Assembly (NCBI GenBank): GCA_951406725.2
Contig: OX597828.1
Location: 13,392,001-13,456,000 of the forward strand
Direction of reading: 5' to 3'
DNA from: Octopus vulgaris
Taxonomy: Eukaryota
Length of the DNA stretch: 64,000 nucleotides
A model generated the notes under the pieces. It made no database searches. It saw only the letters and a list, made by a program, of their open reading frames with translations, and had not been told where the DNA came from. The position numbers and the translations under genes were made by a program. Positions 24,164-36,125 of this stretch are shown in pieces (positions within the stretch are counted from its first letter, which is position 1; each line of letters begins with the position of its first letter).

Positions 24164-24349
24164 TTATTGATGTGTTTAAATGCTTAATTATTTGTTATTC
24201 TTAATCATGTATAAATTTTTTCTATTTTAACAAAGATAAAATAAACCTCTGAGTATTGTGAATTTCATACCATTTTCAATAGGTTTAATGTCAAAGTGAA
24301 GTGACAGTTCATTTTGGTACCAACTTGGTGTTAATATTACAACTATTAT

Positions 24350-24835
24350 TAAGGTGGCAAGCTGCAGAATCGTTAGCACACCAGGTGAAATGCTTTGCAG
24401 CATTTTGTCTGTCCTTATGTTCTGAGTTCAAATTCTGCCAAAGTAGACTTTACCTTTCATCCTTTCAAGTTTCATGTTCTGAGTTCAGATTTTGCCAAGG
24501 CTAATTTCACCTTTTATCCTTTCAAGGTCAATAAAACAAGTACCAGTTAAGTACTGTGGTCAACATAATTGACTGGATCCCCTCCACAAAAAAATTTCAG
24601 TCCTTTTTCCTATTGTAGAAAAAAATATTTAGCAGAATTGTTATCATGCCAAGCAAAATGCTTAGTGGAATTTCGTCCATCTTTACATTCTGAGTTCAAA
24701 TCCCGCTGAGGTCAGCTTTGTCTTTCATCCTTTCGGGGTCAATAAAATAAGTTCCAGTTGAACACTGTAGTTGATGTAATTGACTAAACCCCTCCCCTGA
24801 AATTGCTGGCCTTGTGCCAAAATTTGAAACCAATA
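24350..24835 (+). mobile_element. Tandem SINE family C copies
   Basis: taaggtggcaagctgcagaatcgttagcac heads and ctttcatcctttc cores. Confidence 0.75.
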
Positions 24836-25362
24836 TTATGACTATTGCTAGTGTCAAAATTACAACTAGGTTGCATTTTTGACACTAGCTCGCTGGTACT
24901 CACCAAAGGCGTGAGAAAATATTGGCTGTGTTTTTAAAATCCTATGTTTCAAGATTCACAGAACTACAAAGATCTCTTGTTAACTAACATGTTAATATAT
25001 TATGCTTAAAATTCGTGTTGCTGAATAAGATTCCTTTGTTGCTAAACAAAATCAAATCAATGAAGGACCCTTTTTTTTAAAGCGAGATACTTATTTTATT
25101 GTTCTCTTTTGTTGAACCACTAAGTTCAAAGGGGGAAAAACACATATACGTAGTTATCAAATTTCATTTAAAAGGCTCCCTAATATATTTGAAGTAGTGA
25201 GGGCTACATGTTAAGTAAAATATGTTGTGTGTCAAATTAGGTGACAGGCTCTACACCTGGTGGTGCCCTTATTAATTTCTTCAAGTTTTTGATGTAATTC
25301 ACCAAATTTAGGGTAGCATAATATTCTCATATACTTTGATCCCCAGGACATATTTGACACAA

Positions 25363-26060
25363 GGTGTAAGAATGGTTGGGTAGGTAAGACACTAATATTG
25401 CAACCATTTGACTTTGGTTTCAGTCTCAGCAAGTGGTGCCTTGAGCTTGTGTCTTCTACTTTAGCAAGAAACTTACCAGTGTCTTGTGAGTGAATTTGGT
25501 ACATGGAAACTGTAAGAAAGCCTGTCCCATATGTCTGTGTGTGTGTTTATTGTTGTCCCTCCACACATACACTTTTGACAACCAGTGTTAGTTTGCTTAC
25601 ATCCCTGTAACTTAGCAGTTCAGCAAAAATGACTGATAGGATAAGTATCAAGCTTAAAAAATAATTTTGGGGCCAATTTGTTCGACTAAACAAGTGGTTT
25701 TCAACTGGGGTCTATATAAGATTTTGGCAGTTCACACAACAAAATAATAAACTGGGTATCTACAATCATATTTTAAGGGACTCTGGAAAATTTGATTCCA
25801 GATGTATTTATTGGCATAACAATTTACATGGTTCAACCAACACAAGTTAATGTGGGAAAAACAAAATAGGAAATTTGAAAGAAGTTTTTAAATTAGTTTT
25901 TAAACATCAAATGGCTATGAGGAGTCCACCGGAATAAAATAGTAATCAAAGAGTTCCATAGATGAAAAAAAATGGTTGAGAACCCCTGGATTAAACCCAT
26001 CAAGGCAGTGCCCCAGCGTGGCCACAGTTCAATAACTGAAACAAGAAAATGACAAAAGAT
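25363..26060 (+). mobile_element. Old SINE family A interrupted by a hAT MITE
   Basis: The SINE 3' end resumes after 25996. Confidence 0.7.
25692..25988. mobile_element. hAT/Charlie-like MITE with 8-bp TSD
   Basis: TSD gactaaac/gattaaac; ends aagtggttttcaac...gttgagaacccctg. Confidence 0.75.
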
Positions 26061-26506
26061 AAAACTTAAAAGGCTTCAGTCTTATGGCTCTGTATTTCAC
26101 ACTGAAAATTTCAGTGAAGGTCATTCCCAATATCTCTAGTTATTGATTGATTTCCAGTGAATTGTGTGGCAATTTAGGTTGGACAGAATTTGTGTATTGT
26201 TGTTTAGCAACGTTTTTTTTTTTGTTATTGTTTTACTGGTTTCAGTCATTGAGCTGTAGCAATGCTGGGGCACCACCATCTTCATATTGTGTTCGAATTT
26301 TGGCGCAAGACCAGCAGCCACTACCATCATATTGACTTCAGTAATATGCATGGTTTGATGTAGACATGGCTGTGTGGTTGAGGAGTTTGCTTACTGACCA
26401 CATGGTTTCAGGTTCAGTCCCATAGTATTGCACTTTGAGCAAGTGTCTTCTTCTATAGATTCCTTTATCGGTAGAGAAGGTGGAGAGAGAGGAAGTAACA
26501 TACACA

Positions 26507-26666
26507 CGAGGGGGTGCTGAAAGGTTCCTGGCTTTAAGCTTAGAAAAGCTGATGGACCACTGCAATACGTGTGTGGATCTGAGAGTGGAATATGTTGAAT
26601 AAAATCATAAGTAACTGATCCTCTTTTACTTTCTTTTACCCAAAGCCAGGACCTTTTGAGTGTGCC

Positions 26667-26670
<4 letters not shown>
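26507..26670. mobile_element. Mariner-like MITE
   Basis: cgagggggtgctgaaaggttcctggcttt / aaagccaggaccttttgagtgtgccctca imperfect TIRs; TA at the right end. Confidence 0.65.
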
Positions 26671-26721
<51 letters not shown>

Positions 26722-26944
26722 TGAAATAGAAAGATGAATAATCTTGTTGCAGATTAATCAAAAGTTTAAGCAAAAGTTTAACCGATACCTTGGTAGCAAA
26801 AATCACAGCAGAAGACAGCACGGTTGGAGGTACAACCCTATGGTGTTGCAACCGTGCGTTGGTGCGGATAATTGAATTTTAATATTATTAGTGAATTGAA
26901 GAAATGGAGTTGAACGAAGATTGAACAGAAATCGTTTTATTGCA

Positions 26945-27024
26945 TTCTACACGTGTTTCGAAAGGCACAATTTACCAAATTCCGATTGAATAAGGAGACC
27001 ATATTGTGTCTTTCTCTTCAGGAA
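26945..27024 (-). ncRNA. Hammerhead motif, mirror copy of 27440-27519
   Basis: Reverse complement within the left palindrome arm. Confidence 0.8.
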
Positions 27025-27439
27025 GAAATAGGAAATCCGTTGGAAAAAACAAAAACAGAACAGAGGTGGAGCAAAACAAATCGAACGAGGCTCCTAAGAG
27101 CCCATGGCCAAACTGTTTATCAATGTATGTTGAAAGCGGGTGGTGGGTGCGTTGAAGATTTTAACGGGTCAGGCAGCAGTCATTCCAGTGGGTGAGAGCA
27201 CGGGGTGCTTAGATGTTCTTTGTGATCTTTAGTCTCGGTCACAAAGAACATCTAAGCACCCCGTGCTCTCACCCACTGGAATGACCGCTGCCTGACCCGT
27301 TAAAATCTTCAACGCACCCACCACCCGCTTTCAACATACATTGATAAACAGTTTGGCCATGGGCTCTTAGGAGCCTCGTTCGATTTGTTTTGCTCCGCCT
27401 CTGTTCTGTTTTTGTTTTTTCCAACGGATTTCCTATTTC

Positions 27440-27519
27440 TTCCTGAAGAGAAAGACACAATATGGTCTCCTTATTCAATCGGAATTTGGTAAATTGTGCC
27501 TTTCGAAACACGTGTAGAA
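27440..27519 (+). ncRNA. Type-I minimal hammerhead ribozyme motif
   Basis: ttc-CTGAAGA(27443-49)-gaaagacacaat...attgtgcctttc-GAAAC-ACGT-GTA(27514-16)-gaa; 12-bp stem II with one mismatch. Confidence 0.8.
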
Positions 27520-27582
27520 TGCAATAAAACGATTTCTGTTCAATCTTCGTTCAACTCCATTTCTTCAATTCACTAATAATAC

Positions 27583-27635
<53 letters not shown>

Positions 27636-28144
27636 TATGTGTGTGTGTGCATATATATGTGTGTGTGTATATATTACGGAGATGTACTTGCAGAGCAAGT
27701 GACCTGATCTGAGATCATGCTCTGAAACAAAAACAATTGCAGCATGGAAGGTGTTTATAAGCCATTTGAAAACACGCAAAAACCATTAGATTCACTTCAA
27801 CATTTAAATTTAATTTGCCAAAATGTACATATATATGTACACACACACACACACACACACACATCCCAAGAAAGTTAGAGGTTGTGAATCCAACCAATTA
27901 AGGGATAATATCTATCCAATATACTGCTGGCAGAATACCCAATTATTAATGCACAAGTGTTTTTTATTGCATTGCAATTACATTACCTAGTGTACTAAAT
28001 GGGTGAAGGTAAAGAGATATTTTACCATTAATTTATAGAGCAATAAGAAAATGGAGGGGATCAATAGGTGGTTCATCAACTTTTAGACATTATATTGTCA
28101 ACTTATTTATTTACTAAAATGACAATTACAAGAATATACATACG

Positions 28145-28458
28145 TCGGTGGCACGTAAAAAGCACCATCCGAATCGTGGCCGAAGCCAGTGCCGCCTCGA
28201 CTGGCTTCCGTGCAGGTGGCACGTAAAATGCATCAATCTGACCGTGGCCGATGCCAGCCTCGCCTGGCACAAGTGCAGGTGGCACGTAAAAAGCACCCAC
28301 TACACTCACGGAGTGGTTGGCGTTAGGAAGGGCATCCAGCTGTAGAAACATTGCCAGATAAGACCGGAGCCTGGTGCAGCCTTCTAGCTTCCCAGATCCC
28401 CGGTTGAACCGTCCAACCCATACTAGCATGGAGAACAGACGTTAAACGATGATGATGA
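28145..28458 (+). mobile_element. Repeat family D
   Basis: Subrepeats plus conserved 3' end and gat tail. Confidence 0.85.
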
Positions 28459-28554
28459 TGTATAACATATGCTTTATATATAAAATATATTGATATATAA
28501 AGATAGCAGTAATTATTAAAATATAACATACAGGAATATAAATTGGGAAAATAT

Positions 28555-28668
28555 TCTTACAGCTGTTTCAGCCAAGAGGCAAAAATACCTCATTGTAACT
28601 TCAGTAGACTGAAGTAATAGGTAGATGAAATTGAGGTACTTGGGTGTTTCTCTAGACTTCGTCAGAGA
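28555..28668 (-). ncRNA. Type-I minimal hammerhead ribozyme motif with long stem II
   Basis: Minus strand: tct-CTGACGA-agtctagag...tacctca...acttcagt-ct-actgaagt...tgaggta...ctcttggct-GAAAC-AGCT-GTA-aga. Confidence 0.8.
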
Positions 28669-28744
28669 TCTTAGAAAGTACATAAGGTTAAGTTATAAAT
28701 AAATATAAATATAAAAATAAATAAATGCACACACCCTCTGTATT

Positions 28745-28783
28745 CCTTTCTGTAGAAGAGCGTAGGCTCGAAACGTTCAAAGA
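28745..28783 (+). ncRNA. Variant hammerhead-like motif (same family as 23183-23220)
   Basis: ccttt-CTGTAGAA-gagcgtaggctc-GAAACGTT-caaag. Confidence 0.35.
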
Positions 28784-28931
28784 CTTTTTCACTTCCCAAG
28801 TGTTAAACTAATACATCTATTTGTTGTCTACACCACTTGTCTTCGTCTTTTGTTTTTTTGTGAATTTTCCCCTACACACACATATATATATGTGTATACA
28901 CACACACATATATATACATATATATATACAT

Positions 28932-28972
<41 letters not shown>

Positions 28973-30024
28973 AAAACACCGTTTTCAGATGGCCAGATAA
29001 CCAAAGAGATGGTGCTGTGGATTTCCACCTTGGCATCCGAAACTCAGAGTTTTATCTTGGCTATTGAATAATTGTCACGTATTATTTTACAGATAAATTT
29101 CCTCTATTTACATAATATTGAGGTCTCTTTCTTTCTTTTGTTATCTTACCGTTTTTACCAATATATAAATACATACATATATATATACATATATATATAT
29201 ATATACACACACACATACATACACACATATATATATATACATATTTCTACATACATATATATATATACATATATAAACACACATATGTACATATGTATGC
29301 AAATGTGTGTGTGTGGTTTATTGACTAGAATATCAGAAGTTCTTATATAATTGTTGGTCACGATGTGTTTTCATGCTTCCCATGTCATTCTCTCATTTTC
29401 TTTGCAGTCTTCCTAGTAGCCCTATCTTACTTGCTTATAAGAATGCAAGTAGGATGGTGCTGTTGGAGATATTGACATGCAGGGTCTTATCCAGCTGCCC
29501 TTTGAGCACTTCTTTAATCAAGGCAAACACTTTCTATCCTGCTCTTACTCTGCATAAAATTTCATATTTCAGCATTTATATCTTTGTATATATTTACTAT
29601 CTGATCCAGACAGGCATACTTACTCCTTGACTTCCTCAATTTGATCACTTCTCATTACTATTCAGCCTTGAGTTATGTTTTCACATCATCATCATCATCA
29701 TCGTTTAACGTCCGTTCTCCATGTTAGCATGGGTTGGATGGTTCAACCGGGGATCTGGGAAGCCAGAAGGCTGCACCAGGCTCCAGTCTGATCTGGCAGT
29801 GTTTCATACTGCATATATTTTGTTTTCATGTGGTTCATTTTGAAACCTACTTCTGAACTTTGGCTGTACAATTCTATTAATCCAGCTTACAACTCATCTG
29901 CAGTTTCTGTGATAGGCATGATGTCATCTGTGAATTGGAGATGCGTAAATTAACTTCTAGATGGTGTTGATATCACCTCTTCTATCACTGATTTTGATGA
30001 CCATTTTGAAACATTTATTGAAGA

Positions 30025-30846
30025 TGAGATTTTATAGTTTGCTTGAAGCATTGTATATGGAATATAACGTTGAAAGATTTAAGAGGTCAAACAATGCAAA
30101 TAGATTTTAAGATGAGGTAACGTGAACTAAAAGTAAGTTACCTGGTAATCTTTGGTCGTATATGTATCCAGTATTTCGGAACATACAAGTCCCTTCTTCA
30201 GGGTTAAAAAGGAACTGTCCTTGGAAAGATGTTTTTTGTTGGAGATAATATATAAAAGAAAAATCTCCGACAAAAAATATCTTTTCAAGGACAGTTCCTT
30301 TTTAACCCTGAAGAAGGGACTTGTATGTCCCAAAATATTGGATACATGGATCTTTTTGGTTTCTAGGTAACTAAAAAAATTTTAAACTTCGTATACTGGT
30401 AGAATGTGTTTATAAGACATCTTTTCCTCTTAGCTTTATTGAGAAAATTCTATAGTTTGTAAGATATTTGTTGTTTTTTTTCTTCAATTTCTGCAATTTC
30501 AACCAATCAATGACGTCCATTTAGGTAATAAACATTCTGTACTGTATGAATATGTCCCTCGTTTAAGAAACAGATTGGGTTTATTTACATTTGTGAAGAA
30601 AAAAGATACCCTTCCCCCCACCCCTAACCCTAACTAACCCTAACTGTAAAACAGATTGAAATGCAAAAGATCGATACTAGGGTCATGATTATGGGTGACA
30701 ATTTCATATGACACCGCTAGAAAAAAACTGCCGTTAAAACCAAAAAGATCCGGAAACATATAAGACCAAAGATTACCAGGTAACTTTTAGTTTACGTTAT
30801 CTCATCTTAAAAATCTATTTACATTGTTTGGCCTTTTAAATATTTC
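30025..30846. mobile_element. Fold-back insertion with hammerhead-like motifs, flanked by a 15-bp TSD
   Basis: aacatttattgaaga at 30010-30024 and 30847-30861; arms 30069-30246 vs 30263-30347 plus 30760-30849. Confidence 0.8.
30348..30751. mobile_element. MITE with 15-bp TIR and 8-bp TSD nested in the fold-back arm
   Basis: ggatctttttggttt / aaaccaaaaagatcc; flanks ggatacat / ggaaacat; internal ccctaaccctaac. Confidence 0.85.
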
Positions 30847-31992
30847 AACATTTATTGAAGAGCTTTGGAGAGGTGGTATCACCTTGTTTGATGTTCTGGA
30901 ACTTTTATGAATAGTGAAAGCAGAGCTCTATCAATGGTACATCTCGAGTTTGCTTCCCCGAGTCTCTTTCTTTATTCTAGAAGCTGTGTTAGAATGAATA
31001 TGTCATCTATCATGCTGCAGTTATTCCAAAAGCCTGCTTACTCCCTTGCCTGTTGGTCGACAACTTACTTGTAGAAGTAAAACAAGATACATATGGCGTG
31101 ATAATTTCTCAGATCTTCCCTGTCACCTTCTTAATAAAGTATGATAGTACCCACCTCCTTCCACAGCAAGGGTATTTTTCCCTCTTTCAACAACCACTTA
31201 TAATGTAGAATGAGAATTTTTTACGCCTGCTCTTCTCTATTCCTTAACATGTCCATTATTATACCATCTTTTCCTGGAGCCTTATCTCTTTCCATCAACT
31301 TTAAAGCATTCTCTATTTCACTGACCAAAATGGGTGACATTGAAGAACAATTGTTACAACTTAAAAAGATTGGTGTAAAATTTTTTGCAACTTCCTCCCA
31401 TCAACCTTTCATCCATCACTGTGAGTTCATCTTTGATCTTGAACTCTGTCACCTCTGATTTATGTAGTACCATCTCTCTTCTTTCTCTCTTTATTGTTTT
31501 CTTCTCTTCTGCAGGTTACAGCAACTTCTTTGGTCTATAATTTTCATCGTCTCTTTGCAGATGTTTTATCTCTTTACAGAGAGTGGGTTACTCAAGAAAA
31601 TTGTCCATATTCTTTTTCTTAGTCTTCAGGTTTTCTAGCATTTTCTTTGTTTCCTCTGAGATTCTTCTATTCATATTCTGCAGACTTATAGTTCTAGATT
31701 TTCAGATTCTGGATTACTGAATCATAATCTTCATCAACTTTTTCAAGCTAACTCTAGGCTTTCTTCCCAATAGCATCTTGATGTGTTAGTTTTTCATTGA
31801 GCGGTTTAGTTTTCTCTCTAATCTCATTAATGACCATTTTCACCTGTAGCAGGTGATGATTGCTGCTGGTACTGAATGGTGCTACGACCAAGACAAAGTA
31901 CAGTATGTAGTCAGTCTCATTCAGTGCTGTGCATTTTGAGGTTATCCAGGTCCACCTATTTCCAGGTCTCTTCCTTGACAGTCTGTTTGCAA

Positions 31993-32640
31993 TCATCATC
32001 ATCATCATCGCTTAACGTCAGCTTTCCATGCTAGCATGGGTTGGACGATTTTGACTGAGGGCTGGCGAACCAGATGGCTGCACCAGGCTCCAATCTTGAT
32101 CTGGCAGAGTTTCTACAGCTGGATGCCCTTCCTAATGCCAACCACTCCGAGAGTGTAGTGGGTGCTTTTTACGTGCCATCGGCACGGAAGCCAGTCAGGC
32201 GGTACTGGCAATGACCTCGCTCGAATCTTTTTACACATGCCACCGGCACAGGTGCCAGTAAGGCGATGCTGGTAACAATCATGCTCGAATGGTGCCCCTT
32301 TACGTGCCATGGCACAGGGGCCAGTCAGGCGGTACTGGCAACGACCTCTCTTAAATCTTTTACACATGAAACCGGCACAGGTGCCGGTAAGGCGATGCTG
32401 GTAACAATCATGCTCGGATGGTGTCTTTTACGCTCTGCCAATGATCACGCTCAGATGGTGCCCTTAATACCCTACTAGCATGGGGCTCGAGTGCCAGTAA
32501 GGTGACGCTGGTAACGATCATGCTTGAATGGTGCCTTTTGAGTGCCACTGGCACGGAAACCGGTTAGCTGCTCTGTCAATGATCACACTCGTATGGTGCT
32601 CTTTGCACCCCGCTAGCATGGATGCCAGTCATTGAATTTG
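31993..32640 (-). mobile_element. Repeat family D with long subrepeat array
   Basis: Conserved 3' end plus several gccagtaaggcgatgctggtaacaatcatgctc units. Confidence 0.85.
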
Positions 32641-33319
32641 ATTTTGATTCTGGTGGGAACAAATTTTAATGATCTTGAGTGTGGCATTTATTCGGAAGTG
32701 AATGTTCAGCATTCAATGTTTGATGAAAACAAATTGTAGGATAGAATTTTTGACATCTCTCCTATGCTACCTATTGCTTTCACTGCTTATACCTTTCTCA
32801 GTAATACAACAATTCCTTCAGTCCATCTTTTATTCAGTTCTTCCGTTGTACCTTTTCCACAGAATCTTAGCACGTCACACTTGATCTTCGGACACATCAA
32901 TTTCCCTTGCCAATAACTTTTGGTTGTTGGCGTATATAGCAAGTTTCACAATCCAACTCTTTGGTGTCTGCAGGTGTCTGAGATTCTCAGCAGGCTTTGA
33001 GTACTTGGATTTTACTTGGCTGCTATAGAGCAATCCAATAGCTACCGAGAAGTCATTGCCACTGTCGCACCTCTACAAAGCACTGAATTTTACAGTAAAT
33101 ATATATCATCATCATCATCATTTAACATCTTTTTTTCTGTGTTGGCATGGGTTGGATGATTTGACAAGAATAGACAAGCTAAAGGGCTATGCCAGATTTG
33201 AGGTGTCTGCTTTGGCATGGCTTCTACAGCTGAATGCCCTTTCTAATGCAAACCATTTAAGAGTGTACTAGATGCCTTTTATGTAGCACTAACACCAGTG
33301 AAGTCACCAAAAATATATA

Positions 33320-33697
33320 AATACGAGCAAAGTGCCCCTCCCCCCCCGTCCCAATAGACGGTGCTGAGTTGTCAAACATTTAAGCCAAATTTTCTCAAAA
33401 CAACTTGTTCGACCGTCCCATAGGCCTCCCCTTTGAGAAACACTGATTTAACCTAAATTTGAGACACCAGCAAAAGAAGAAATAAAGATAGACTTTTTTT
33501 CTATTACAAAGAAAAACGATTTCCCACGGCTTTCTCACCTGGAATCGATTTTTGTAATTTTTTCAAGACTTATACATGCCCTGATACCATCGGTATCTAC
33601 ATATCAAATTTGAGTGCAATTGGATGGAGGATGCCTGAAATCCTAGAAGCCACACACACACACACAGACGGACAGAATGGATTTTATATAAGAGATA
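33320..33697 (+). mobile_element. Helentron-associated (HINE/DINE-like) non-autonomous element, composite
   Basis: 3' module caaatttgagtgcaattgg...cacacagacggacaga...ttttatataagagat resembles 39703-40078. Confidence 0.45.
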
Positions 33698-34454
33698 GGG
33701 AATAGCCTTTATTTTTTTTATACATGTTTTGTTAAATACACAACTACGGTCAAGTGTTATTTTTATTTTATTTTCGTTTTTTCCCTTTTTTCTTAGTTTT
33801 TTGCTGTTGATTTGAAACAGTAGAGTCCCTAAATCCATATCTGATATTTCTAGATCATCAGTTTCATCTTCAAGAATTGAATATATTCGGTGTTTGGGTT
33901 GTTTGTGTAGACTTTCTTGTCAAATGTATTTGACCATTAAATGGTCAAAATTTGACCACAGCAAAAAAACCAACATGACTGCTGGTACATAATGCTAACA
34001 GTCAAAAATTTATGGCATGAAAATCTACACAAATTCAATCAGTATATAATCAATAAAAATACCAAATGTTTTCAGTTCATTATCATTTAATGTCTACGTT
34101 CCATGCTTGCATGGGATGGATGGTTTGACCAAATCCGATGTGTCCAAGAACCGCATCAAGCTCCAATGTCTGCTTCGGTATGATTTCTGTAGCTGGATGC
34201 CCTTCCTAATGCCAACCATTTTACAGCGTGGACTTTGTGCTTTCCTCATGCCACCTGCACTATTGAAGTCAACATGCAGTTTGCAAGACTACAAACCGTG
34301 GGGGTGTGCTGGGAGGTAGGGTTCAGCTTCATGTCACGGAACAAGGGAATTACAGGGGGGATGGCAGAGCCAGTTTCTGTACTGGGAAGAGGGGAGAAAG
34401 GCCTACATGTCTACTCACACATAGTAGGGAAAATGTGGAGAGAGAAAGAAAAAA

Positions 34455-34800
34455 AAGTGGTAAGTAGCTTGCTTAGCAACCACATGGTTCCAGGTTCAAT
34501 CCCACTGTGTGGCACCTTGGGCAAGTGTCTTCTACTATAGCCTCGGGCCATCCAAAGCCTTGTGAGTGGATTTGGTAGATGGAAACTGAAAGAAGCCTGT
34601 TGTGTATATGTATATATATATGTGTGTGTGTGTTTGTCTCCCCCAACATCGCTTGACAACTGATGCTGATGTGTTTATGTCCCCATAGCTTAGCAGTTCC
34701 GCAAAAAGAGACCGATAGAATAAGTCCTAAGGTTGATTTCCTCAACTAAAGGTGGTGCTCCAGCAGGGCCGCAGTCAAATGACTGAAACAAGTAAAAGAG
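34455..34800 (+). mobile_element. SINE family A
   Basis: Family consensus match. Confidence 0.85.
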
Positions 34801-35524
34801 TGGGAGCTGCAAGAAATAGAACATGTGACAAGGTGCCGAAGATTATGAAAAAAAATCAAAAAGATAAAATTTGAACATCATCGTGTTTTAAATGAAATGT
34901 GTGTTTTTACACACGTGTAATGTAACTTAATGGCTCAACAAATAGAGATTGATAAAATTAATACTGGACTTGAAAACAAGTACGAAGGTTGAAATAACCG
35001 ACTGGATTCCAATGATTGAAACCAGCCAACGAATAAAAGGAGTAAATTATATTAAAGCAAATAGAATAAATGTGAAACAACAACAACAACAGCTAAAATT
35101 AAACTCCATTACTAAAGGGGAAAAAAGTAGCCAAAATTGTTTTGGCTATGAAAAGGGGATGATTTACAGTAACAAGATCTAATTACAAGATAATAATTGG
35201 ATGTGTAGGGTAGTGACATCAAACATTATTGCTAGTTGAACACTGAGCATAATTAAAACCAATCTAAGGAAATACTAACGAAACAAATAAATTAGCAAAT
35301 GTCATGAGGAGTTGTCTCCCGTTTGTGAAATATCGATTTTTTTTTGTTTTCAAATTATAGAAAAATGTAATAAAAAAAATATTGATTTATGTGAATCTTA
35401 AAACAAAAACACAAGCAAAATGTGATTAAAAGGAAAAAATTAATTTTTCTATTTTTTCTTTTCTTTTTTCTTTTTGGTTAATGAAAACCAAATTGTAGAA
35501 CATTCAAAATTATCTTCGTTTAAA

Positions 35525-36125
35525 AACATCATCACCACCACGAACATAATTACTATTACCCTTATCTCCATCATCATCATTATTCCTATCTCCATCATAA
35601 TGATAATCATCACCATTTTCAGCAGCATCTCTGACATCATCATCATCATCATCAAGAACATCATCATTATCAAGAGTGTCATCTCCATCATAACTGTTAT
35701 CATCACCACCACCACCATCTTCCTTTGCACCATCATCATCACCATCACAGTCATCATTATCATCATGAGCTCCAGCATTCCCTTATAACCATCCTCATCA
35801 TCATCATCATCTTTTTTCTTCCTCCTCCTCTTAAACATCATCTTCACTATCTCATTCATTCCCATCTTAACCATCCCTGCAACCCTCCTAATCATCATTA
35901 TTGTAATTGTCATCACTATCATTGGCATTACTGCCTTTTGTCATCAGCATCACCATCTTCCATATCATCACCATTACCAATACTCCAATCTCCACAGTGA
36001 CAATGTCAACAATGACCACCACCACCACCACCACCACCACCATCATCACCATCTCTACCATCATCATCGCCACCACCATCACCATCGTCATCATCATCTC
36101 CAACATCATCATTAGTGCTATTGAT
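35525..36125. repeat. Degenerate (CAT/CAC)n trinucleotide array
   Basis: About 600 bp of catcat/caccac variants, producing spurious M/I/H-rich ORFs. Confidence 0.9.

Larger units (their letters stand above)
26883..27581. repeat. Long near-perfect palindrome (343-bp arms, 13-bp spacer) within a (TA)n-embedded insertion (26717-27581)
   Basis: 26883-27225 is the reverse complement of 27239-27581 with two visible mismatches; the mirror ORFs 26953(+)/27511(-) confirm this. Confidence 0.97.
29340..33060 (-). mobile_element. Old RTE-like LINE (EN+RT remnants), interrupted by several insertions
   Basis: Minus-strand remnants: THLQFTDDI (about 29920-29950), IKQGDTTSPKLFN (about 30855-30895), KAPGKDGI (about 31260-31285), WTW...NETDYIL (about 31900-31960). 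Confidence 0.7.

Noticed and set aside
26953-27511. Two near-identical 80-aa ORFs on opposite strands
   Set aside because: Mirror images from the palindrome; GTG start and no protein motif.
30620-30645. Telomere-like repeats as an interstitial telomere
   Set aside because: Only about three imperfect units, inside a TIR/TSD-bounded MITE.
32160-32620. Repeat-spacer-like array resembling CRISPR
   Set aside because: Alternating subrepeats of family D with non-unique spacers in eukaryotic DNA; no cas genes.
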